Positions 11,356 through 21,311 of a stretch of 64,000 nt of DNA are shown here, piece by piece. The stretch is taken from the NCBI GenBank assembly GCA_902551895.1, contig CACDEU010000001.1:4697-68696 (forward strand), given 5' to 3'. The notes under the pieces are model-generated. The model did not search any database. It was given only the letters and a program-made list of their open reading frames with translations, and was not told where the DNA came from. The position numbers and the translations under genes are program-made. Position 1 is the stretch's first letter; each line of letters starts with the position of its first letter. Source of the DNA: an uncultured Pelagibacteraceae bacterium. GTDB lineage: Bacteria; Pseudomonadota; Alphaproteobacteria; Pelagibacterales; Pelagibacteraceae.

Positions 11356-12482
11356 TGAGCAAAAATTTAAGAATAACAAATAGTAAGTTTATTGATCAAA
11401 CATCTAGAATATCTTTTAAGTTTGATGGTAAAACTTTATATGGATTTAAGGGTGATACTTTAGCATCAGCTTTATTAGCAAACGATATTCATCTTGTGGG
11501 AAGAAGTTTTAAATATCACCGCCCAAGAGGAATAATGGCATGTGGCCCTGAAGAACCTAATGCGATAGTACAAGTTGGAAGTGATGCATCAATTACAGAG
11601 CCAAATACAAGAGCAACTGAGATAGAATTATATGAAGGCTTAGAAGCATCGAGTCAAAATTGCTGGCCAAGTGTTAATTTTGATATAGGAGCGGTAAATA
11701 ATTTTTTCTCCCCTCTTATACCAGCAGCTTTCTATTATAAAACATTCATGTGGCCTGCTAATTTTTGGAAATTATATGAATACTTTATAAGAAAATCTGC
11801 AGGTTTAGGTAAATCACCTACTGAACCAGACAAAGATATTTATGATCATAGATACTTACACTGTGATGTTTTAGTTGTTGGCGGAGGTATATCAGGAATA
11901 ATAGCTGCGAAAATAGCAGCTAAGAATAATTTTAATACTTTATTAATAGACGATAAAAATATCTTAGGAGGAACTACTCTTTTTCAAGAAAATGAATGCT
12001 TTAAAATAAATAATTCTTATTCAAATGAGTGGTTAAAAAAAGAAATTGAAACTCTAAAATCACTTAAAAATTTAACTATAAAAACAAGAACATCTTTGGC
12101 TGCTTATCATAGTTACAATTATCTTTTAGCTAGAGAAAATTTAACTGACCATTTAGATATAAATGAAAAAAAAGATAAAATTCGTCAAAGACTTTGGAAA
12201 ATCAGAGCAAAAAAAGTAATTATATCTACAGGAGCAATGGAAAGACCATTAATTTTTAACAATAATGATAGACCTGGAATTATTCTATCATCTTCTATCA
12301 AAAGATACATAGATTACTATGGAGTTAAATGTGGACAAAGAATATCTTTATTTACAAATAATGACTCTGCTTATGAAGCTGCAATCTCTTTAAATAATAG
12401 TGGAGTAATTGTTAATTCAGTAGTTGATATTAGAGATAAAACTAATTCGTTAATAGTTAAACAAGCTGAAAATTTAGGTATT
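11355..12482 (+). pseudogene. soxA: Sarcosine oxidase alpha subunit, N-terminal ~376 aa only, fused in frame to ribE
   Basis: GDTLASALLAN, GRSFKYHRPRG, SQNCWPSV, FYYKTFMWP, ERPLIFNNNDRPG; similarity ends at KQAENLGI and the aminomethyltransferase-like C-half is absent. Confidence 0.88.
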
Positions 12483-12956
12483 TCTATTTCTTGTGATGGC
12501 GTTTGCTTAACTCTAATATCAAAAACAAATAAAATTTTAGAATTTTACTTATCAAATGAAACTCTACATAGAAGTAAATTTAAAAAAATTATCAAGGGAG
12601 AAAGTATTAACTTAGAACTACCACTTAAAAAAGGTCAAAATATATCAGGTCATATATGTCAAGGCCATGTTGATTATGTTTCGAAGGTTAAAAAAATCAA
12701 ATTAATTGATAAATCTTATCTGATGGAATTTTCAGCAAATACTAAACAAAAAAAAAGTTTAATTGAAAAAGCATCTATATTAATTAATGGTGTATCTTTA
12801 ACAATTTCCAAAATTACTAAAAATGGTTTTGAAGTATGGATAATTCCTCATACATATAAATTAACAAATCTATCTAAATTAAAAATGAATAGTTTGGTAA
12901 ATATTGAAGTTGATATTTTATCAAAATATGTAAAAAAATATTTTAATGAAAAATAA
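12474..12956 (+). pseudogene. ribE: Riboflavin synthase lacking its N-terminus (3' part of chimeric ORF 11355..12956)
   Basis: SISCDGVCLT, INLE, SGHICQGHVD, INGVSLT, IIPHT, VNIEVDILSKY; no MFxG start motif; followed by ribB-ribH-nusB-thiL. Confidence 0.88.
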
Positions 12957-14049
12957 AAAATTCAGCTCAATAGAATCTATAATCAATATAGCAAAAAAAG
13001 GGGGGATGTACATTTTAGTCGATGATGAGAATAGAGAAAATGAAGGTGATTTAGTTTTTTGCTCATCAGATGTTAATCCAAAAAAAATTAATTTTATGGC
13101 AAAATATGGAAGAGGTTTGATTTGTTTAACCCTAGATAGTGTTCAAGCAAAAAAATTAGGATTATCATATATGTCGCCAATTAATGAGTCTAGAAACCAG
13201 ACTGCATTTACAATTTCTATAGAAGCAAAAAAAGGTGTAACAACTGGTATATCAGCTCAGGACAGATCAAGAACAATTAAAGTTGCTACAAAAAAAAATG
13301 TTATAAAAAAAGATATTGTATCGCCTGGTCATGTTTTTCCTATAATTTCAAAAGATGGTGGAGTGTTAATTAGAGCAGGCCATACAGAGGCATCGGTAGA
13401 TATTTCTAAACTGGCTAAAAAAAATACCTCAGCTGTGATTTGTGAAATTATGGATGAAGATGGAACTATGTCACGCGGTGAAAAATTACATAATTTTGCA
13501 AAAAAACATAAGTTGAAAATTGGAAGAATTGATGACCTTATTGCCTACAGATTAAAAAAGGAAAAGTTAATTAAACTTAAAAAAAAATCTAATATAGAAG
13601 TTAAAGGAAAAAATTATTTAATAAGAATATATGAAAATTTATTGGATGGTTCCGAACATTTTGCACTTATAAAAGGAAAAATTAGAAAAGGAATAGTTCC
13701 TCGTGTTAGAGTTATTTCTTCAAATGTTGTTCAAAACTACTTATTGAATCAAAATTTACCAAATTCTTTTAATAATACTCTAAATCATTTCAAAAAATAC
13801 AATAATTGCGTTCTTATATTTATCAGAGATACTAATTTAAAATCTGTTACACAAACATTGCGTGACTATAAAAGCAAAGATTTTTATAAAAAAGGAAAGG
13901 ATAAATTAATCAAGAACTATGGTATAGGTGCACAGATTATAAAATCTTTAAATATAAAAAATATGATATTAGTAACTAGATCTAGAAAAAAAGTAGTTGG
14001 TCTTGACGGTTATGGAATTAAAATTACAAAGCAGGAAATAATTAAATGA
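12946..14049 (+). CDS. ribB: DHBP synthase fused to a degenerate GTP cyclohydrolase II-like domain (RibBX type)
   Basis: DDENRENEGDL, PGHVFP, RAGHTEAS, VICEI; C-domain keeps YGIGAQI but lacks the HSEC/CDC Zn ligands. Confidence 0.92.
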   Translation: MKNKKFSSIESIINIAKKGGMYILVDDENRENEGDLVFCSSDVNPKKINFMAKYGRGLICLTLDSVQAKKLGLSYMSPINESRNQTAFTISIEAKKGVTTGISAQDRSRTIKVATKKNVIKKDIVSPGHVFPIISKDGGVLIRAGHTEASVDISKLAKKNTSAVICEIMDEDGTMSRGEKLHNFAKKHKLKIGRIDDLIAYRLKKEKLIKLKKKSNIEVKGKNYLIRIYENLLDGSEHFALIKGKIRKGIVPRVRVISSNVVQNYLLNQNLPNSFNNTLNHFKKYNNCVLIFIRDTNLKSVTQTLRDYKSKDFYKKGKDKLIKNYGIGAQIIKSLNIKNMILVTRSRKKVVGLDGYGIKITKQEIIK

Positions 14050-14426
14050 AAAAAATATTAATCGTATTGGCAGATTATTATAACGACATATCTTTATCTT
14101 TGTTAAAAAGTGCAAAAAGTAATTTAAATAATTTTTCCTTAAAAGTAATTAGAGTTCCGGGTGTCTTTGAAATTCCCGTAACTATCTCAAAAAATATAAA
14201 AAAATATGACGCATTTTTAGCTTTAGGCTGTGTTATAAAAGGTGAAACCCCTCATTTTGATTTTATTTCAAGTGCATCAACACAGGCTATAATGAATCTG
14301 TCTGTCGAAAGTAAAAAACCAATAGGTAACGGTATTATAACTTGTCTAAATATGAAACAAGCAAAGGCTAGAGGAAAAAAAGGAAAAGAAGCAGCTAAAG
14401 CAGTAATCTCAGTACTATCTCAATAA
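14046..14426 (+). CDS. ribH: 6,7-dimethyl-8-ribityllumazine synthase
   Basis: VPGVFEIP, LGCVIKGETPHFDFI. Confidence 0.96.
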   Translation: MKKILIVLADYYNDISLSLLKSAKSNLNNFSLKVIRVPGVFEIPVTISKNIKKYDAFLALGCVIKGETPHFDFISSASTQAIMNLSVESKKPIGNGIITCLNMKQAKARGKKGKEAAKAVISVLSQ

Positions 14427-14427
14427 T

Positions 14428-14832
14428 ATGACTTTACAATATAGTCCAAAAAATAACCCTAGAGTAATAGTAATACAAAAACTTTATGGAAAATATTTTA
14501 ATGAAGATGAAAATTTAACTTTTCCAAAACATAGATTCAAAAAATTTATTAAAGATGTAGTTAATGGAACTATCGAGAGAGATGATGTAATTAATGACGA
14601 AATATCAAATCATCTTAATACAGATTTAGATTTAAAAAAATTAGATAAAGTTTTCCAAGTAATAGTTAAAAGTGCAATATTTGAATTTTTATATAAACCA
14701 AAAATATCTTCAAAAATTATTATAAATGAATACTTAAGAGCTTCTAATTTTTTTATAGAAGATGGACAAACTAAATATTTAAATGCTTTATTAGATAAAA
14801 TATCAAAGAAAATAAGAAATTCTAATGGATGA
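14428..14832 (+). CDS. nusB: Transcription antitermination factor NusB
   Basis: KIIINEY, YLNALLD; ribH-nusB-thiL synteny. Confidence 0.88.
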   Translation: MTLQYSPKNNPRVIVIQKLYGKYFNEDENLTFPKHRFKKFIKDVVNGTIERDDVINDEISNHLNTDLDLKKLDKVFQVIVKSAIFEFLYKPKISSKIIINEYLRASNFFIEDGQTKYLNALLDKISKKIRNSNG

Positions 14833-15784
14833 ATTTGAATTAATAAAAAAATATTTTCAAAAAATCTCTTATAATAATCCTGGTGCAAAAAAGCTAAACG
14901 ATGATGTTTTTTTTGATAAGAAAAATAAATTAGTAGTATCAGTTGATACATATAATGAAGGTGTGCATTTCCCTAACTTTAAATATCCAAATTTAGTAAT
15001 AAAAAAAATTATTAGATCTTCAATTTCTGACTTAATAGCTAAAGGTGTTAAACCTGAATATTATTTTATTTCTGGTAGCGGAAATAAAAATCAATTTACA
15101 AAAAAAAACTTAAAGATGATATCAAAATCACTAAATCAAGAACAAAAAAAATATAATTTAAAATTGTCAGGCGGCGACACTACCAATTCTAATAAAGTTT
15201 CGTTTTCAATAACAAGCATTGGTTTTTCAGAAAGAATTATTGAAAGAAATAAAGCTAGATTAAATGACGACATATATGTTACGGGAAATATAGGCGATAG
15301 TTTTACTGGTCTAAAAATAATTAAAAATAATATTAAAATTAGTTCAAAATTAAAAAAATATTTTGTTAATCAATACTATTGTCCTAATTTGCCTTTTAAG
15401 ATTTATAAAGAAATCCATAAATTTGCAAATACATCTATGGATATATCAGATGGTTTAATCACTGACATGAATAAACTTATTAATAAGCAAAAGTTATCAT
15501 TTAATATTAATGTTAATAAAATCCCAGTGTCTAAAAATTTGAAAATTTATTTAAAAAAATATAAAAATTCAAGTACCCATTATTTATTTAATGGAGACGA
15601 CTATCAAATTTTATTTACAGCACCTCAAAAAAAAAGAGCACTAATCAAATCAATTGGTGAAAGAATGAATCAAAAATTAACAATAATTGGTAAAATAAAT
15701 AATGGTTATAAAAAAAATTCAGTAAAGTTGGACAATAAACCTCTAAATTTGAGCAAATTCGTAGGTTATTCACATAAGTTTTGA
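14825..15784 (+). CDS. thiL: Thiamine-monophosphate kinase
   Basis: MDEFELIKKYF, SDLIAKG, GGDT, MDISDGL, GDDYQILFT. Confidence 0.95.
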   Translation: MDEFELIKKYFQKISYNNPGAKKLNDDVFFDKKNKLVVSVDTYNEGVHFPNFKYPNLVIKKIIRSSISDLIAKGVKPEYYFISGSGNKNQFTKKNLKMISKSLNQEQKKYNLKLSGGDTTNSNKVSFSITSIGFSERIIERNKARLNDDIYVTGNIGDSFTGLKIIKNNIKISSKLKKYFVNQYYCPNLPFKIYKEIHKFANTSMDISDGLITDMNKLINKQKLSFNINVNKIPVSKNLKIYLKKYKNSSTHYLFNGDDYQILFTAPQKKRALIKSIGERMNQKLTIIGKINNGYKKNSVKLDNKPLNLSKFVGYSHKF

Positions 15785-15866
15785 TAAGTTAAATATTGCC
15801 TTTTATTTTTTTTTTTGTAATGTCCGATTTTTAATATTTACTAATTAACTAACAATTAAAGGAATT

Positions 15867-17972
15867 ATGGAAGCTTCAGCATCAAATATACTTCAAATTA
15901 TTATTTTATCAGGTTTGTTATCAATCGTTTATGGTTTTTTTACGGGTAAAAATATTTTAAGTTCTAGCGCAGGAAATAGCAAGATGCAGGAAATAGCTTC
16001 TGCAATCCAAGTTGGAGCTAAAGCATATTTAAACAGACAATACAAAACTATAGCAATTGTAGGTGTGGTTGTTTTGGTTATAATTAGTTTTTCATTTAGT
16101 ATTTTGGTAGGACTAGGTTATTTAATTGGAGCAGCATTATCAGGTATTGCTGGATATGTTGGTATGCTTGTGTCAGTTCAAGCTAATGTTAGAACTGCAG
16201 AAGCATCAAGAAAAGGATTATCACAGGGACTTGCAATCGCATTTAAATCTGGAGCTGTAACAGGTATGTTGGTGGCTGGTTTGGCTCTTTTAGCAATTGC
16301 AGTATATTATTATTTATTATTATCTTACGGAGTTGAAGAAAGAGAAATTGTAAATGCTTTAGTTGCATTGGGTTTTGGAGCATCATTAATTTCAATTTTT
16401 GCAAGACTTGGAGGTGGAATTTTTACCAAAGGCGCAGATGTTGGTGCTGATTTAGTTGGAAAAGTAGAAGCTGGAATTCCTGAAGACGATCCAAGAAATC
16501 CTGCAGTTATTGCAGATAATGTAGGTGACAATGTAGGAGATTGTGCTGGTATGGCAGCAGACTTATTTGAAACTTATGCAGTAACAATAGTTGCTACAAT
16601 GGTTTTATCATCAATTTTTTTCCATGGCGATCTTAACATGATGGTTTATCCTTTATCCATAGGTGGTGCATGTATTTTGACATCTATTATTGGAACATTC
16701 TTTGTAAAATTAGGTAAATCAAAAAATATTATGGCCGCCTTATATAAAGGATTTATTGTTACAGCTGTAACATCATTGATAATTTTATATCCAATTACAG
16801 ATTATGTTTTAGGATTAGAAAACACCTACACAATTTATACTAAATCATTTACGGGCATGAGCTTATATATTTGTGGCGTAATAGGTTTGGTAATAACAGG
16901 ACTATTAATATGGGTAACGGAATATTACACTGGAACAAATTATAGACCAGTTAAAAGTGTGGCCTCATCATCAACGACAGGTCATGGCACAAATGTAATT
17001 CAAGGTTTAGCAGTTTCGATGGAAGCTACTGCTATTCCAGCTTTAATTATTGTCGGTGGTATATTATTAACAAATTATATTGCTGGTCTTTTTGGTATAG
17101 CAATTGCTGTCACAACAATGTTAGCTTTAGCAGGTATGGTAGTTGCCTTAGATGCATATGGCCCTGTAACAGATAATGCGGGTGGAATTGCTGAAATGTC
17201 TAATTTACCAAAAAATGTTAGAAAAACTACTGATGCTTTAGACGCTGTAGGAAATACAACTAAAGCAGTTACAAAAGGTTATGCAATTGGATCAGCAGGT
17301 TTAGGTGCGTTAGTTTTATTTGCGGCATACACAGAAGATATAAAACATTTTTCAAAAGTTGCTGGTTCAAATCTAGAAGGAATTGTTGTAACTTTTGACT
17401 TATCAAATCCTTTTGTAGTAGTTGGTTTATTAGTAGGTGGTATGCTTCCATATTTATTTGGTTCGATGGGAATGCAGGCAGTGGGTAGAGCTGGTGGTGC
17501 AGTCGTAGTTGAAGTAAGAAGACAATTTAAAAAAATTCCAGGCATTATGAAAAGAAAATCTAAACCAGATTACGGCAGATTAGTTGATTTATTAACTAAA
17601 GCAGCAATAAAGGAAATGATAGTTCCATCTTTACTACCTGTGTTATCACCAATAGTTTTATATTTGTTTATTTTACCAATAGGTGGACAGGTTGCTGCAT
17701 TATCATCCGTTGGAGCAATGCTTTTAGGTGTAATTATAACAGGTTTGTTTGTTGCAATATCTATGACCGCTGGTGGTGGTGCTTGGGATAATGCAAAAAA
17801 GTATATAGAGGATGGTAATTTTGGAGGAAAAGGTTCTGAAGCTCATAAAGCTGCAGTTACAGGTGATACTGTTGGAGATCCATACAAAGATACAGCAGGA
17901 CCTGCAGTGAACCCAATGATAAAAATTACTAATATTGTTGCTTTGCTGTTACTAGCAGTTATAGCAGGTTAA
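15867..17972 (+). CDS. hppA: Membrane proton-translocating pyrophosphatase, K+-independent type
   Basis: [36 protein letters not shown]; Lys in GNTTKA marks the K+-independent subfamily. Confidence 0.96.
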   Translation: MEASASNILQIIILSGLLSIVYGFFTGKNILSSSAGNSKMQEIASAIQVGAKAYLNRQYKTIAIVGVVVLVIISFSFSILVGLGYLIGAALSGIAGYVGMLVSVQANVRTAEASRKGLSQGLAIAFKSGAVTGMLVAGLALLAIAVYYYLLLSYGVEEREIVNALVALGFGASLISIFARLGGGIFTKGADVGADLVGKVEAGIPEDDPRNPAVIADNVGDNVGDCAGMAADLFETYAVTIVATMVLSSIFFHGDLNMMVYPLSIGGACILTSIIGTFFVKLGKSKNIMAALYKGFIVTAVTSLIILYPITDYVLGLENTYTIYTKSFTGMSLYICGVIGLVITGLLIWVTEYYTGTNYRPVKSVASSSTTGHGTNVIQGLAVSMEATAIPALIIVGGILLTNYIAGLFGIAIAVTTMLALAGMVVALDAYGPVTDNAGGIAEMSNLPKNVRKTTDALDAVGNTTKAVTKGYAIGSAGLGALVLFAAYTEDIKHFSKVAGSNLEGIVVTFDLSNPFVVVGLLVGGMLPYLFGSMGMQAVGRAGGAVVVEVRRQFKKIPGIMKRKSKPDYGRLVDLLTKAAIKEMIVPSLLPVLSPIVLYLFILPIGGQVAALSSVGAMLLGVIITGLFVAISMTAGGGAWDNAKKYIEDGNFGGKGSEAHKAAVTGDTVGDPYKDTAGPAVNPMIKITNIVALLLLAVIAG

Positions 17973-17976
17973 ATTT

Positions 17977-18438
17977 TTAATCAGATACTTTTTTTCTTTT
18001 TGATGGTGCATTAATTTTTTCTCTAAAACTAGTTAGCACACCATAAATATAAGAATCTTTCTCGTAAATAGTTTCTGTAGTATTTTCTGAAAATTTATAT
18101 TTATTCATATTATTCAAATCAAAAACTTCCTTTTTTTTTAAAATTCCCTTATTATCAATTTCCAATATAGCAACATTATTTTTAGTAATCTTCTTTGTAC
18201 CCAATGCAAAAATTGAACGGTTAGTTTTTTTTCTTTCAATGTAAATCCAAATATTATTATCAAAAGTACTTTTAGTAGAGGGAGGACCAAAAATACTAAT
18301 AATATCATTTTTATTAGATTTATTTATTTCAATTTTATCAATTTTAGTTTCCAATGATAAAACACCATGGTTATTCTTAACTTTATTTAATGAACAACTT
18401 AATGTAAAAAAAAGCAATAATATTAATATATATTTCAT
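17977..18438 (-). CDS. bamE: Outer membrane assembly lipoprotein BamE
   Basis: Lipobox TLSC, FGPPS, WIYI; position upstream of rpmF-plsX. Confidence 0.85.
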   Translation of the reverse strand: MKYILILLLFFTLSCSLNKVKNNHGVLSLETKIDKIEINKSNKNDIISIFGPPSTKSTFDNNIWIYIERKKTNRSIFALGTKKITKNNVAILEIDNKGILKKKEVFDLNNMNKYKFSENTTETIYEKDSYIYGVLTSFREKINAPSKRKKVSD

Positions 18439-18912
18439 ATGAAAAATAATTTTCTAAATATTTACAACAATTTAATAAAATTAACTAGAAATAAAAATTT
18501 ATTTGAAAAAATATATACTAAAGAAAGCTTTTCAGATAGATTAGTTATTTTTTTCTTTCATTTTGCTTTTTTTTTAAAGTTATTCAAAAATCAAACTTCT
18601 AAAGACAACCTACAAAATCTTTACGATTTCATATTTAAGCAGATAGAATTAAGTGTAAGAGAAATTGGTTACGGTGATGCTTCAGTAAATAAAAAAATGA
18701 AAGAATATGTAAATTTGATGTATGCAATTATTGATAAGGTTGAATTATGGGAAAATCTTGATTTAATATCTAAAAACTCATTCATTTCTGAATTTATTAA
18801 AATTGATAAAAAATCATCATTTTTTGTAAGTTATTTTGATAAATATAATACATATTTATCAAAAAACTCTTTTAATTATTTTACAAAAGAGGTAATAAGT
18901 CTTAAATTTTAA
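18439..18912 (+). CDS. Ubiquinol-cytochrome c chaperone (Cbp3/UQCC1 family)
   Basis: [19 protein letters not shown] motif; divergent from bamE. Confidence 0.85.
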   Translation: MKNNFLNIYNNLIKLTRNKNLFEKIYTKESFSDRLVIFFFHFAFFLKLFKNQTSKDNLQNLYDFIFKQIELSVREIGYGDASVNKKMKEYVNLMYAIIDKVELWENLDLISKNSFISEFIKIDKKSSFFVSYFDKYNTYLSKNSFNYFTKEVISLKF

Positions 18913-18914
18913 TT

Positions 18915-19094
18915 ATGGCTGTACCAAAACGCAAAACAACTAGATCAAGAGCTGGGAAAAGAAGATCTCACATTAAATTTTCTTCTAAGAATATTATAGA
19001 AGATAAAAAATCTGGTGAATATCGACTATCTCATCATATGGATCTAAAAACAGGTTTTTATAAAGGGCGACAAGTTTTAGACCCTAAAGAATAA
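18915..19094 (+). CDS. rpmF: 50S ribosomal protein L32 (Cys-free), 59 aa
   Basis: Hand translation [19 protein letters not shown]...[22 protein letters not shown]; below the ORF-track cutoff. Confidence 0.96.
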   Translation: MAVPKRKTTRSRAGKRRSHIKFSSKNIIEDKKSGEYRLSHHMDLKTGFYKGRQVLDPKE

Positions 19095-19100
19095 TTTTTA

Positions 19101-20108
19101 ATGAAAAATTTGATTACAATTGCAGTTGATGCAATGGGAGGTGATAATGCACCTCTTAAAATAATTGATGGGATAGAGTTGCATAATAAAAAAAGTAAGA
19201 ATATATTTTATAAATTATTTGGAAATAAAAATATTATTGACCCAATAATCCAAAAAAAAAACTTAGATAAAAATTGTATAGAAATAATCCACACTGAGGA
19301 AAAAATTAAGGGCGAGGACAGTGCATTTGCTGCAGCAAAAAGAGGAAAAAATACAAGTATGTGGTTAGCTGTAGAAAGTGTAAAAAAAAAATCTTCTGAC
19401 ATAGTAATTTCCGCTGGCAATACTGGTGCTCTTTTAGTAATCGCCAAATTAAACTTAAAAATGTTAGAGAACATAGATAAACCAGCATTGTCAGGTTTGT
19501 GGCCAAGTAAAAAGGGCATGAGTGTAGTTTTGGATCTTGGTGCAAATATCGAATGTAGTGATAAAAATTTAATTGATTTTTCTATAATGGGCTCATCATT
19601 ATTTAAATCTTTATTTCCAGATGAAAAACCAAAAGTTGCTTTATTAAATATTGGATCAGAAGAACTTAAAGGAAATGAAGTAATTAAAAATACTTATCAA
19701 AAATTAAATCAAATTAATATTGAGGATTTTGAATTCAAAGGATTTATAGAAGGAAGTCATATAATGGATGGTAATGTCAACGTAGTAGTTGCAGATGGTT
19801 TTACAGGAAATATCGCTTTAAAAACAGCCGAAGGAACTGCAAATTTTATAACTAGTGAATTAAAAAATGCCATGAAAGGTTCAATTTTAGGAAGATTAGG
19901 TTCAATAATTTCCATTTCTAACTTAAAAAGATTTAAGAAAAAATTAGATCCACGATTATATAATGGTGCTATTTTATTAGGATTAGATTCCCCTGTAATC
20001 AAAAGTCATGGTGGAACTGATTACGTAGGATTTGCAAACTCTTTATCAGTATGTGAAAAAATAGTTAAAAATAACTTAATAGATAAAATAAAGAATAGTA
20101 TAAGCTAA
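19101..20108 (+). CDS. plsX: Phosphate acyltransferase
   Basis: IAVDAMGGDNAP, SAGNTGA, LDLGAN, DGFTGN, KSHG. Confidence 0.97.
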   Translation: MKNLITIAVDAMGGDNAPLKIIDGIELHNKKSKNIFYKLFGNKNIIDPIIQKKNLDKNCIEIIHTEEKIKGEDSAFAAAKRGKNTSMWLAVESVKKKSSDIVISAGNTGALLVIAKLNLKMLENIDKPALSGLWPSKKGMSVVLDLGANIECSDKNLIDFSIMGSSLFKSLFPDEKPKVALLNIGSEELKGNEVIKNTYQKLNQINIEDFEFKGFIEGSHIMDGNVNVVVADGFTGNIALKTAEGTANFITSELKNAMKGSILGRLGSIISISNLKRFKKKLDPRLYNGAILLGLDSPVIKSHGGTDYVGFANSLSVCEKIVKNNLIDKIKNSIS

Positions 20109-20111
20109 AAA

Positions 20112-20420
20112 ATGAGAATTAACTTAACAAAAGAAGAGATTGTTAATTCTGTATATATGCAAATAGGCTTTTCCAAAAAAGTATCAGAGAATATCTTAGA
20201 AGATCTCTTTGCAATTATATTTGATAGTTTAAAAAAAAATAATAAAGTTAAAATTGCAAAATTTGGAACTTTTCATGTGAGATTTAAAAAAAGCAGGATT
20301 GGAAGAAATCCTAAAACTAAAGAAAAAAAAGTTATATCAGAGAGAAAGGTTATTTTATTTAAACCTTCAAAAGAATTAAAAAGAAAAATTAATATTAAAT
20401 ATTATGAAGCAAAAGCATGA
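20112..20420 (+). CDS. ihfA: Integration host factor alpha subunit
   Basis: FGTF, RIGRNPKT, FKPSKELK; plsX-ihfA-MerR synteny. Confidence 0.88.
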   Translation: MRINLTKEEIVNSVYMQIGFSKKVSENILEDLFAIIFDSLKKNNKVKIAKFGTFHVRFKKSRIGRNPKTKEKKVISERKVILFKPSKELKRKINIKYYEAKA

Positions 20421-20784
20421 TGATGCATATAAGTCTATTGGTGAAGTTGCCAAAGAGCTAAATTTAATAAATCCAAAAACTGGAAAATTAAATACTCACA
20501 CAATAAGATTCTGGGAAAAGGAATTTAAACAAATTAAACCTAAGATTTTTGCAGGAAAAAGAAGGTATTATGATAAAAAATCAATTTTAATATTAAAAAA
20601 AATTAAATTTTTATTAAAAGAAAAAGGTTTTACTATTAATGGTGTCAAAAAATTCTTGTTAAACAAAAGTTCTTTTAATCTTGACGAAACTTCTAATAAC
20701 TCTATAAACACTTCAAAAAATAATTTGAAAAGTAAGTTAGAAAAAATTTCAAATTTAGTTAAAGAGATTAAAAAATTAGGTTAA
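20404..20784 (+). CDS. MerR-family HTH regulator
   Basis: YKSIGEVA, HTIRFWEKEF, RRYY, GFTINGVK. Confidence 0.9.
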   Translation: MKQKHDDAYKSIGEVAKELNLINPKTGKLNTHTIRFWEKEFKQIKPKIFAGKRRYYDKKSILILKKIKFLLKEKGFTINGVKKFLLNKSSFNLDETSNNSINTSKNNLKSKLEKISNLVKEIKKLG

Positions 20785-20785
20785 T

Positions 20786-20977
20786 ATGGCAAAAAAAACT
20801 CACGTTAAAGTTAGGCTAGTTCCCGAATCAAAACCTGATAGTCCATTTTTTTACTATGTAAAAAAACCTGCTGGTGGTGAAAAGGCAAAAGTAAAGTTAA
20901 AAGCAAAAAAATATAATCCTGCTACAAGAAAGCACGAAACTTTTGTAGAAAAAAAGTTACCCCCTCATAGTAAATAA
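20786..20977 (+). CDS. rpmG: 50S ribosomal protein L33 (Cys-free)
   Basis: KVRLV..KL..KKYNPATRKHETFVEKK. Confidence 0.92.
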   Translation: MAKKTHVKVRLVPESKPDSPFFYYVKKPAGGEKAKVKLKAKKYNPATRKHETFVEKKLPPHSK

Positions 20978-21268
20978 TTATTTTTTTTTAAAGTTTCTTT
21001 TTTCAAAATCAATATAAGAATAAATCATATTCTTCCAAATACGATTAGTTATTTTTGGATCAATTTTATTATTTAAAGATTTTTTCCTAATTTTATTAAG
21101 TATAAATTTTATTCTTTTTCTATCAATTATTTGTTTTTTACTCTCTTTTAATTCAAGCACTTGTTTTACTAATGAAGTTCTTTTTTTAATTAGTTTAATA
21201 AATGAATTATCTAGGTTATCTAATTTTTTTCTTAACTTATCTAATTTTTTTTTATTAATTGGCGACAT
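20978..21268 (-). CDS. Chorismate mutase (AroQ type)
   Basis: LDKLRKKLDNLD..LIKKR..V..LK..I.D.KR. Confidence 0.85.
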   Translation of the reverse strand: MSPINKKKLDKLRKKLDNLDNSFIKLIKKRTSLVKQVLELKESKKQIIDRKRIKFILNKIRKKSLNNKIDPKITNRIWKNMIYSYIDFEKRNFKKK

Positions 21269-21311
21269 TTATTCAGTTGGATTAAGCTATAATTATTATA
21301 TTTATTTAAAT

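Noticed and set aside
11355-12956. Novel bifunctional sarcosine oxidase-riboflavin synthase enzyme
   Set aside because: Both halves are cut mid-domain (no SoxA C-half, no RibE MFxG start); a rearrangement or chimera explains it better.
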